DNA of 42,407 bases. Source: Deltaproteobacteria bacterium (GTDB lineage Bacteria > Desulfobacterota > GWC2-55-46 > DRQE01). Location of the stretch: NCBI GenBank assembly GCA_023134165.1, contig JAGLUZ010000017.1, forward strand, positions 1 to 42,407, given 5' to 3'. The notes below the pieces were generated by a model. The model saw only the letters and a program-made list of their open reading frames with translations. It did not search any database and was not told where the DNA came from. Positions 9,969 through 17,343 of this stretch are shown here, piece after piece (position 1 is the first letter of the stretch; each line of letters starts with the position of its first letter). The translations under genes were made by a program, and so were the position numbers.

Positions 9969-10610
9969 ATGATTGGAATAAACCCAAAGGGCGGAATACG
10001 CAATAACCTTCCCAATATTCTCTCACTCATCAGAATAGGTGCAACCCCTATTCTGATATTAATGCTCCTTGACCCAGGGAAGGTCTTAAGCATTCTTGCG
10101 ACCATATTGTTTTTAGTCGTTGCACTAACTGACTGGCTAGACGGATACCTTGCCCGGAGGATGGGGCTTGTGACGCGGGTTGGAAAGTTCCTTGACCCGC
10201 TTGCTGATAAGCTACTGATAATATCAGCTCTCATAATGCTAATCTCCTTGGACAGGGCTCCTGCTTGGATGGTCACCCTAATCGTTGCTCGTGAGATAGC
10301 TGTAACAGGGCTTAGGACAATGGCCTTGGAGGCTGGAGTAGTAATCTCAGCGAGTATCGCTGGTAAGACAAAGACTGTTTTTCAGATTGCTGCAGTTGTC
10401 CCGCTTCTAATTCATTACCCCTTCTTTGGTATCGAGTTTCAGTACCTAGGGGAGGCTATTTTGTGGTTGGCCTTTATTTTAACAATCTACTCTGGTGTTG
10501 AGTATTTTATCAAGTTTAATAAACACGAGCAGGAAAAAGGAAGCTCATCGGCTGAACCAGATAGTTCAGAGTTGGGTGACGAGATAGAAGATAATGACAA
10601 CAATGATTAG
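9969..10610 (+). CDS. pgsA: CDP-diacylglycerol--glycerol-3-phosphate 3-phosphatidyltransferase
   Basis: CDP-alcohol phosphatidyltransferase motif DWLDGYLARRMG...GKFLDPLADK; multi-TM; unusual acidic C-terminal tail. Confidence 0.88.
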   Translation: MIGINPKGGIRNNLPNILSLIRIGATPILILMLLDPGKVLSILATILFLVVALTDWLDGYLARRMGLVTRVGKFLDPLADKLLIISALIMLISLDRAPAWMVTLIVAREIAVTGLRTMALEAGVVISASIAGKTKTVFQIAAVVPLLIHYPFFGIEFQYLGEAILWLAFILTIYSGVEYFIKFNKHEQEKGSSSAEPDSSELGDEIEDNDNND

Positions 10611-10612
10611 AG

Positions 10613-10641
10613 TTGAAAAAAAGGTTCTAATAAATTATTCT
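10613..10641 (+). promoter_or_regulatory. sigma70-like promoter candidate for the ankyrin array
   Basis: TTGAAA (10613-10618), 17-nt spacer, TATTCT (10636-10641), about 30 nt before the RBS of the first ANK gene. Confidence 0.35.
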
Positions 10642-10673
10642 GAGATGTTTTTCACCCTGAAGGAGTCAGTTGA

Positions 10674-12260
10674 ATGAAAAAAATATCTATGAAAGCATTT
10701 ACCCTTGGTCTTTTATTTTTGGTAGCTATTGTCTTTACAGGATGCGTTTCGACAGGAACAATCCATGACGCTGCATTTGCAGGAGATTTAGAAAAAGTCA
10801 AAGTGCATCTTGATAAAGGCGTCGATGTGAATTTAAAGACTACTAAGGGTGAGACACCCTTGGTCATTGCTACGTTTAAGGGAATGCCTCTGGTTGCAAA
10901 GGCACTCATTGATAACGGTGCAGATGTTAATGCAAAAAGCCAGTATGGTGATACCCCATTAACATGGAGCATAACTAAAGGGATGTTTCAGATTACGAAG
11001 TTGCTCATTGAGCGTGGTGCTGATGTGAACACAAAGAATAACAAAGGGACTCCCCCTTTAGTTATTGCTGTCTCTAATAAAAATTATCAGTCTTCGAAGT
11101 TACTTATTGAAAAAGGTGCTGATATAAATGCAAAGACAGTGGATAATGATACACCCTTGATCCTTGCTACGTTTAAGGAGATGCATCTGATTGCAAAAAT
11201 ACTCATAGAGAAGGGCGCAAATGTTAATGCAAAAAATAAGAGTGGTTTTACACCCTTGCTCTTTGCTGGGTCTAAGGGGATGCCGAAGGTCGCGAAGCTG
11301 CTTCTTGAGAGGGGCGCTGATGTTAATGCAAGGAGTAATGATGGCATGACCCCCTTGATGTATGCTACGTCTGAGGGGATGTCACAGACTGCGAAGTTAC
11401 TTATTGAAAACGGCGCTGATGTGAATGCAGAAAATAAATTTGGACAGACGGCCTTATTTTATTCTTTGTTCAAAAAAATGTCTCAGGTGTCAAGATTACT
11501 CATAGAGAAGGGCGCCGATGTGAATGTAAAGTCAATCAATAATGATACCCCCTTACACTTCGCGGTTTCTATGGGGTTGCCTCAGATTACAAAATTACTC
11601 ATAGAGAAGGGTGCTGATTTAAACGTAAAAAATATACATGGACAGACGGCCTTAATGAGTGCAGAAAAATTAGGCAATACTCAGATGATATCTCTCTTAA
11701 AGAAAGAGAGTGCTAAGAAGAGAAGGGTCGAGGTAGCGTTCTTAAAGAAAAAACAACCATGCTCATTAAAAGAGATGGACTGGATTTACAAAAAAGGGAA
11801 GTGTCGAAATAAACTTGCAAATGGCAAGGGCCACGCCGTTCATATTGACGGTAACCTCACCTTTGAGGGGAACTTTAAAAACGGAAAACGTACTAAGGGA
11901 GTTATATTGGCTGGAGCAACCCCCATGTATGACGGCCCTATAGTTAAAGGCAAACCAAATGGTGATGGCATTTGCTTTCATGAGGGTGAACCAGAGAGTT
12001 GTAAGTACTATAAAGGCAAACGGGTTGACGCACTCTTTAAGCAGAGGATAGAACTTACAAAACATAGAATCGAGCAACAAAAGGCCATGGATGAACAAAA
12101 CAGAAAGCTCGATGCCAAACTTAAGAAGATAAAGGCGGCCAACACATACCGTGCGCCAGTGGTAGCAGCCGGAGGCGGTAAAGGTAGTGGAGTAGGCGAC
12201 GCCATAATGGGTAAGGTTTTAGACAAAGGGTTAGACATGCTCTTTGATAAATTGTTTTAA
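10674..12260 (+). CDS. ankyrin-repeat lipoprotein A (about 10 ANK repeats plus 168-aa conserved C-terminal module)
   Basis: Signal peptide with lipobox VFTG-C. 33-aa units TPLxxAxxxGxxxxxKLLIExGADVNxK. C-terminal QPC...NTYRAP...MLFDKLF module at 11754-12257. AAGGAG RBS. Confidence 0.85.
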   Translation: MKKISMKAFTLGLLFLVAIVFTGCVSTGTIHDAAFAGDLEKVKVHLDKGVDVNLKTTKGETPLVIATFKGMPLVAKALIDNGADVNAKSQYGDTPLTWSITKGMFQITKLLIERGADVNTKNNKGTPPLVIAVSNKNYQSSKLLIEKGADINAKTVDNDTPLILATFKEMHLIAKILIEKGANVNAKNKSGFTPLLFAGSKGMPKVAKLLLERGADVNARSNDGMTPLMYATSEGMSQTAKLLIENGADVNAENKFGQTALFYSLFKKMSQVSRLLIEKGADVNVKSINNDTPLHFAVSMGLPQITKLLIEKGADLNVKNIHGQTALMSAEKLGNTQMISLLKKESAKKRRVEVAFLKKKQPCSLKEMDWIYKKGKCRNKLANGKGHAVHIDGNLTFEGNFKNGKRTKGVILAGATPMYDGPIVKGKPNGDGICFHEGEPESCKYYKGKRVDALFKQRIELTKHRIEQQKAMDEQNRKLDAKLKKIKAANTYRAPVVAAGGGKGSGVGDAIMGKVLDKGLDMLFDKLF

Positions 12261-12421
12261 GTGAAAGTTTTAACTTGTTAATTATCGTAGGTAATAACTA
12301 AAAAAAGTAGCGGAAAATTGATTTTATTTTATTCTTCTTGAGATTTTTTACTTTCTTTGAAAGATCACCAAGACTTTCTTCCAATAGGGTTTTTTTAAAG
12401 TTCTATATCCGAGGGAAGGCC

Positions 12422-13390
12422 ATGAGAATATCAATATCAAAATACCTCTTTTTCTTACAGTTCGTCCTCGTAAGTATCTTGTGTGGTTGCCAAAGCACTT
12501 CATTCCACAATGCGATAAAGACTGGAAATCCGGCTGAGATTATCACCTTTCTTGAGCTAGGCACTGATGTGGACGCTACCACAGAGTTTGGTTATACGCC
12601 CTTAACCTACAGCGTAAAACACGGCAACCTGCAAGCCGTAAATTTATTAATTGCTAAGGGAGCAGATGTAAACCTAAAGGACGATTACGGCTTCTCTCCT
12701 TTAATGTATAGTGCCAAGTATGGCTACCTCCAGATTACTGAGGCCTTAATTGTAAGCGGTGCAGATGTAAATATAAAAAATGAATCTGGTTTTACCCCCT
12801 TGCTCTACGTAGCCAAATACGGGTATTTTCAAATATTACAGGTCTTGATTGAGCAGGGTAGTAAGGTAGAAACAACTGACAACTTTGGGTATACACCGCT
12901 GATGGCATCCTCTGAGTATGGTTGTTTTCCTTGCGTTGACTTACTACTAAAGTCTGGGGCAAATGTAGATGCAAGGAATAAACCTGGTTTTACCTCTTTG
13001 ATGTTAGCCTCCCTAAGCGGAAGGGCGCACGTCATAGGGCGGCTCATTCAAGGCGGGGCAATTGTTAATGCAAAGGGCAGGTTTGGTTTTACACCACTTA
13101 CATATGCCGCAATGGGCGGACATACCTTGACTGCCTCGGTTTTACTTAAGTCAGGGGCAGATGTAAATACCAAGAATGATCATTCATATACGCCTTTAAT
13201 GTACGCAGTACTCTTTGCAGGAGATAGAGGGGATACCACTACCATAACGCTACTCCTTAATAGTGGTGCTGATCCAAGGCTTGCGAATAACTCGTGCGTT
13301 ACAGCTAAGGAGATGGCCTACGGCCTTTACAGTGAGAACATCATGAGTGCGATTAATACGGCCTGGAATAGCAAAAAAGCAGACAGATAA
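12422..13390 (+). CDS. ankyrin-repeat lipoprotein B (about 8 ANK repeats, no C-terminal module)
   Basis: ATG at 12422 gives MRISISKYLFFLQFVLVSILCG-C (lipobox) behind GAGGGAAGG. The tracked TTG at 12338 adds a non-signal extension. Ends in a YGLYS...AIN cap. Confidence 0.8.
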   Translation: MRISISKYLFFLQFVLVSILCGCQSTSFHNAIKTGNPAEIITFLELGTDVDATTEFGYTPLTYSVKHGNLQAVNLLIAKGADVNLKDDYGFSPLMYSAKYGYLQITEALIVSGADVNIKNESGFTPLLYVAKYGYFQILQVLIEQGSKVETTDNFGYTPLMASSEYGCFPCVDLLLKSGANVDARNKPGFTSLMLASLSGRAHVIGRLIQGGAIVNAKGRFGFTPLTYAAMGGHTLTASVLLKSGADVNTKNDHSYTPLMYAVLFAGDRGDTTTITLLLNSGADPRLANNSCVTAKEMAYGLYSENIMSAINTAWNSKKADR

Positions 13391-13477
13391 TTTTTTTAAA
13401 AAATTCTTAAGGTTTTAATCTTTAAAGATTTAATATTTACAAAATAAAAAAACAAAAAAAACGGAGGAAGTAGAAAA

Positions 13478-14554
13478 ATGTTTGTGAAAAAATCATTAGG
13501 ACTCTTTACAATTTTATTAATGACATTATTTTTTTCAGGTTGCACCACAATAAGTACTACAGATAATGCCGCAATGCATGGTACCAGAACTCAATTAATT
13601 AATTTATCAAATAGTGGGGTTAATCTTAAGCAAAAAAATGCTAGTGGTTATAGCCCTCTTGCATATGCCGCAATGGGAGGCAATTCAGCAACAGCAAAGT
13701 ACTTAATAGAAATCGGTGCTGACGTAAATGTTAAAAACAATGCCGGGTACACTCCTTTGATGTTTGCCGCCCTCTATGCCTCAAAAACTGGGCAAACAGG
13801 TATCATCAATACACTTCTTGATAATGGTGCAGATCCAAATTTAAGAAATAATTCAGGTAAGACAGCCGCTACCTTATCATATGGTCTTTATAGCTATACC
13901 GTAGTTAATGCAATAAATGCCGCCGCACAAAGAAAGGCACTCGCCAAGCAAAGAAAGATAGCTGAAGATAAAAGAAAGGTAGAGGCTGAAAGGCAAAGGG
14001 TTTTGGAGCAGAAGAAAAAAGATGAACTCTTGGCATTAATAAAGAAACAACCTTGTGTTCTAAAAGACATGAGCTGGATTTATATTAGCGGTGGTTGCGG
14101 AAAAAAATACGCTAATGGTGAGGGGAGTGCAATAAATATCTCACAAAATACAAGTTTTGATGGTAAATTTAAATACGGCAAGATGATCTCAGGAATTACC
14201 TACTCTGGATTAAAGAGAAATAATCGCACCTTAATCTTTGATGGTGCGCTTAGGAACGGCACACCAAATGGTGAGGGGATGTGTTTTTATAAGGGTGCGC
14301 CAGAAAAATGTGAGTACTATATGGGTAGTAGAGTAGACTTTCTCCATAAGCAAAGAGCTGAGCTTGAGTCTCAGAGGGCGGCCATGAATGAACAAAACAG
14401 AAAGATGGACGCCAAACTTAAAGAGATGCAAAAGGTCAACACATACCGCGCACCTACGCCAGTAAGCCGTGGTGGTGGCTCTGCCGCAGGTGACAAGATA
14501 ATGAATAAGGTTATTGATAAGGGTATTGGAATGCTCTTTGATCAGTTATTTTAA
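13478..14554 (+). CDS. ankyrin-repeat lipoprotein C (about 3 ANK repeats, coiled coil, 168-aa C-terminal module)
   Basis: Lipobox FFSG-C; GGAGGA RBS. The ANK units are homologous to the last units of gene B. Module at 14048-14551. Confidence 0.85.
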   Translation: MFVKKSLGLFTILLMTLFFSGCTTISTTDNAAMHGTRTQLINLSNSGVNLKQKNASGYSPLAYAAMGGNSATAKYLIEIGADVNVKNNAGYTPLMFAALYASKTGQTGIINTLLDNGADPNLRNNSGKTAATLSYGLYSYTVVNAINAAAQRKALAKQRKIAEDKRKVEAERQRVLEQKKKDELLALIKKQPCVLKDMSWIYISGGCGKKYANGEGSAINISQNTSFDGKFKYGKMISGITYSGLKRNNRTLIFDGALRNGTPNGEGMCFYKGAPEKCEYYMGSRVDFLHKQRAELESQRAAMNEQNRKMDAKLKEMQKVNTYRAPTPVSRGGGSAAGDKIMNKVIDKGIGMLFDQLF

Positions 14555-14578
14555 GTAAACAAAACACCGGAGAAAGAT

Positions 14579-16303
14579 ATGAAAAAAATATTTCCTAAGG
14601 TGGCCTTTCTTTTATTGCCGCTCATTGCTCTTGCTTTTGGAGGTTGCCAAACTATGTCACCGCTTCATAGTGCGGCAACCCAAAAGAACCTGACTCAGAT
14701 GCATGCCCTGCTTGACGGTGGTGCTGATATTAACAAAAAAGACTCCAGGGGAAATACCCCTTTGAGTTACGTCTCTATGCAAGATAATACAAGTGCCGCA
14801 ACAGTACTTATAAAGCGCGGGGCTGATGTTAATATTGGTAATAATACAAATATGACCCCTCTTATGTGGGCTACATTTAAATCAAATATAGACCTAACTA
14901 GGTTACTAATTGAAAATGGTGCTGACGTTAATGCGGCCGATAAAAATAAGTACTCAGCTCTTATGTGGACTGTTATGGGTGCAGAGCAGTCTGCAATTGG
15001 TCAAAGAGTTAGGAGTTCCCCAAAAAATGATGCTGCTAATAGAATTAAGGTACTAGAACTTTTAATTGAGAACGGAGCGAAGATTGAGGGCGCGCACCCC
15101 AATTTAAAACCCCAGAAGTATGCAAAAATGACAAAGAGAATGGATATATCCAATTTCTTAGAGGGTGCGGCACAGAGACAAAAGGTGATGAAGAATATGT
15201 TTCCTATTCATTTAGCTGCTTACAATGGGGACATTTCAAAGCTTAAGACCTTGCTCCGCAAAGGCAAGCACGTTGACTATCCTGATACAACAGGTAATAC
15301 CCCTTTAATTTGGGCAGTATCAGCGGGTCACTTAAAGACGGCTGAGTTTCTTATTAAAAACGGGGCTAAGGTAAACCACTTCGGCAAGCATAATCAGACA
15401 GCCCTAAAGACTGCGGCTCTTTATGGTCACCTGAAGATAATTGAGATGCTCGTAGCCACCAAAGGTGCAGATCTTGAATTTAAAAATGAGGCCAGTGAGA
15501 CTGCTCTCTTTGTAGCGGCAAAGGGCGGTTTTCTGGAGGTTATCTCTGTCCTCGTAAAGAAGGGTGCAAAGGTAAACACAATAAACAAAGACGGGGATAC
15601 GCCACTTATGTTTGTCGCTAGAAAGGGTGATAAGGATACCGTCATTCACCTTGCAAAGAGTGGTGCTAGTCTTATGGGTGCTAATAACAAAGGGCTTAGT
15701 GCGCTTAATATGGCAAAGTTAAATAACCATAATTCGATTGCAGAGTACCTAGATAATAGTATAAAAACCGTTGAGATTGCGGCCTTAAAGCAGAAGCAAC
15801 CCTGCATACTAAAGGATCAGAGTTGGATTTACCTAAGCGGAGATTGCCTTAAAGAACTAGCTAATGGTGAGGGCAGTGCCATAAATATCTCAGAGAATAT
15901 CAGCTATGATGGGCAATTTAAAGATGGCAATATGACTACTGGAATATCTTACTCTGGGATAAATAAAGGTAACCGCATATTTGTCTTTGACGGTCCGCTT
16001 AGGAACGGGACTCCAAATGGTGAGGGGATGTGTTTTTATAAGGGTGCGCCAGAAAAATGTGAGTACTATATGGGTGCAAGGGTGGACTTTCTTCATAAGC
16101 AAAGAGCTGAACTTGAGTCTCAGCGTCTTGCTCTTGAGGAACAAAATAGAAAGATGGACGCCAAACTTAAAGAGATACAAAAGGCCAACACGTACCGCGC
16201 TCCAACGCCAGCAAGTAGTAGTGGTGGAAGTGCAGGAGGTAGTAAGATAATGGATAAGGTTATTAATAAGGGTATTGGTATGCTCTTTGATCAGTTATTT
16301 TAG
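14579..16303 (+). CDS. ankyrin-repeat lipoprotein D (about 9-10 ANK repeats in two blocks plus 168-aa C-terminal module)
   Basis: Lipobox AFGG-C. Starts 24 nt after gene C. Module at 15797-16300, about 78 percent identical to that of gene C by hand alignment. Confidence 0.85.
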   Translation: MKKIFPKVAFLLLPLIALAFGGCQTMSPLHSAATQKNLTQMHALLDGGADINKKDSRGNTPLSYVSMQDNTSAATVLIKRGADVNIGNNTNMTPLMWATFKSNIDLTRLLIENGADVNAADKNKYSALMWTVMGAEQSAIGQRVRSSPKNDAANRIKVLELLIENGAKIEGAHPNLKPQKYAKMTKRMDISNFLEGAAQRQKVMKNMFPIHLAAYNGDISKLKTLLRKGKHVDYPDTTGNTPLIWAVSAGHLKTAEFLIKNGAKVNHFGKHNQTALKTAALYGHLKIIEMLVATKGADLEFKNEASETALFVAAKGGFLEVISVLVKKGAKVNTINKDGDTPLMFVARKGDKDTVIHLAKSGASLMGANNKGLSALNMAKLNNHNSIAEYLDNSIKTVEIAALKQKQPCILKDQSWIYLSGDCLKELANGEGSAINISENISYDGQFKDGNMTTGISYSGINKGNRIFVFDGPLRNGTPNGEGMCFYKGAPEKCEYYMGARVDFLHKQRAELESQRLALEEQNRKMDAKLKEIQKANTYRAPTPASSSGGSAGGSKIMDKVINKGIGMLFDQLF

Positions 16304-16313
16304 TGGTTTTTTA

Positions 16314-16342
16314 TTGACACCTGCTAACAAATTTGAGACTAT
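16314..16342 (+). promoter_or_regulatory. possible promoter for tRNA-Arg
   Basis: TTGACA (16314-16319), 17-nt spacer, GACTAT (16337-16342), about 30 nt before the tRNA 5' end. Confidence 0.35.
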
Positions 16343-16374
16343 ACCTTTTCAATATCAATCGTAATTTTAATTTT

Positions 16375-16451
16375 GCCCTCGTAGCTCAGCAGGATAGAGC
16401 ATCGGATTCCTAATCCGTGTGTCGGACGTTCGAGTCGTCTCGAGGGCGCCA
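16375..16451 (+). tRNA. tRNA-Arg (anticodon CCT), CCA encoded
   Basis: Hand-folded cloverleaf. Acceptor GCCCTCG/CGAGGGC. D arm GCTC-agcaggata-GAGC. Anticodon loop TTCCTAA. T arm GGACG-TTCGAGT-CGTCT. Discriminator G plus CCA. One T-T mismatch at the base of the anticodon stem. Confidence 0.9.
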
Positions 16452-16570
16452 GCTTGAAAGAGGCCGTAATCAAAAGAGTTTTTTTATTCTGGATAAACTC
16501 GATGGTTTACGGCTTCTTTTTATTTCTCTCTTTTTTCGATACATTCAACTTACCTTAAGCATTGTGAGTA

Positions 16571-16598
16571 TTGACTAATCTTCATGAAATGATATAAT
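16571..16598 (+). promoter_or_regulatory. near-consensus sigma70 promoter
   Basis: TTGACT (16571-16576), 16-nt spacer, TATAAT (16593-16598). Confidence 0.5.
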
Positions 16599-16604
16599 AT
16601 AAGA

Positions 16605-16741
16605 AATAGAGAAACAACCCCTTTGCTCAGAGCAAACTCAGGGAAACTTGAGGACGCAGAGTTACGAAGCTTAAAGAGATAAAAAAAATCTTTTTATGTT
16701 GGTCGAACCGCCAAAGATAAACATCCTTGGGCGGTTTTTTT
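16605..16741 (+). ncRNA. candidate small RNA or leader (about 135 nt) between promoter and intrinsic terminator
   Basis: Bounded by the promoter above and the terminator at 16708-16741. Contains internal hairpins, including CTCAGG-GAAA-CTTGAG with a GNRA loop. No ORF with an RBS. Confidence 0.3.
16708..16741 (+). terminator. intrinsic terminator
   Basis: CCGCCAAAG (16708-16716) pairs with CTTGGGCGG (16726-16734) with one internal mismatch, followed by T7 (16735-16741). Confidence 0.7.
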
Positions 16742-16769
16742 ATTTAATAAACCTTTAGGGGGAAAACTA

Positions 16770-17252
16770 ATGAGTATACCAATGAGAACATTCATGCCAA
16801 ATGAGCTAAATCTGGTCGAGAAGACTCTTGTAAACGGCATCATGGCCGCCAGAGATGGGCGTTATCTTGACGCACTTACAATCTTTGAAGCCAACATAAG
16901 CAGAAATGTAGATATGTCAAACAATCCTTTAGCAATGTCTTACTACGGACTTTGCATGGGGATAATCAAGAAAAAATACGCCGACGGCGCTGCAATTTGC
17001 CTAAAGGCCTTAAAGAGAAATACTCAGAGTCCAGAGGCTTATCTAAATATCTCCAAGATTCTTCTTCTTCAGGGGCAAAAAACCTTGGCAGTGAAGGCTC
17101 TAAAAAAAGGACTTTCTTTTAACAAAACCCATCCAGCTCTTTGTAAGGAAATCAGCAGGCTTGGTCTTAGAAAAAGACCTGTTCTTTCTGCACTTGGTCG
17201 TTCCAATCCAATAAATGTCTTACTCGGAAAAGTAAGGGCGGCGATAGCTTAG
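16770..17252 (+). CDS. small TPR-like repeat protein
   Basis: 160 aa, helical-repeat pattern (ALTIFEANIS..., EAYLNISKILLLQGQKTLAVKALKKGL), GGGGGA RBS. Confidence 0.45.
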   Translation: MSIPMRTFMPNELNLVEKTLVNGIMAARDGRYLDALTIFEANISRNVDMSNNPLAMSYYGLCMGIIKKKYADGAAICLKALKRNTQSPEAYLNISKILLLQGQKTLAVKALKKGLSFNKTHPALCKEISRLGLRKRPVLSALGRSNPINVLLGKVRAAIA

Positions 17253-17300
17253 ATTATCTAAAGTTTTTTTTCAATATTCAATAAAAAATCCTTGTCTTAC

Positions 17301-17330
17301 AGTGGTTTAATCAAAATAACCACTTTTTTT
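17301..17330 (+). terminator. intrinsic terminator
   Basis: AGTGGTT-taatcaaaat-AACCACT followed by T6. Confidence 0.65.
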
Positions 17331-17343
17331 ATCGCCTCGCTAT

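Noticed and set aside
12338-12421. TTG-initiated N-terminal extension of ANK gene B
   Set aside because: The extension (RFFTFFERSPRLSS...) precedes the real signal peptide. The ATG at 12422 has a GAGGGAAGG RBS and yields a canonical lipoprotein signal like its three paralogs.
14231-14431. Antisense ORFs 14231..14431 and 15890..16180 (-) that are similar to each other
   Set aside because: They are shadows of the duplicated C-terminal module of ANK genes C and D on the opposite strand. They have no RBS and are fully embedded in well-supported CDS. The same holds for the other embedded or antisense tracked ORFs (e.g. 893..1285, 1445..1921, 8016..8249, 19513..19821, 29279..29528, 35296..36102, 37774..38186, 41927..42388).
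10780-16303. Regularly spaced repeats that might suggest a CRISPR array
   Set aside because: The periodicity is 99 bp, in frame, and encodes ankyrin repeats. There are no short invariant repeats separated by unique spacers and no cas genes.
16452-16560. Nested inverted repeats just after the tRNA (GGCCGTAA...TTACGGCT enclosing GAGTTT...AAACTC) as a possible att site
   Set aside because: No second copy exists elsewhere in the window. The structure is followed by a T-rich run and is adequately explained as the tRNA transcription terminator.
16696-16758. 20-codon ORF (MLVEPPKINILGRFFYLINL) inside the sRNA candidate
   Set aside because: It has no Shine-Dalgarno sequence and runs through the terminator hairpin, so it is most likely non-coding.
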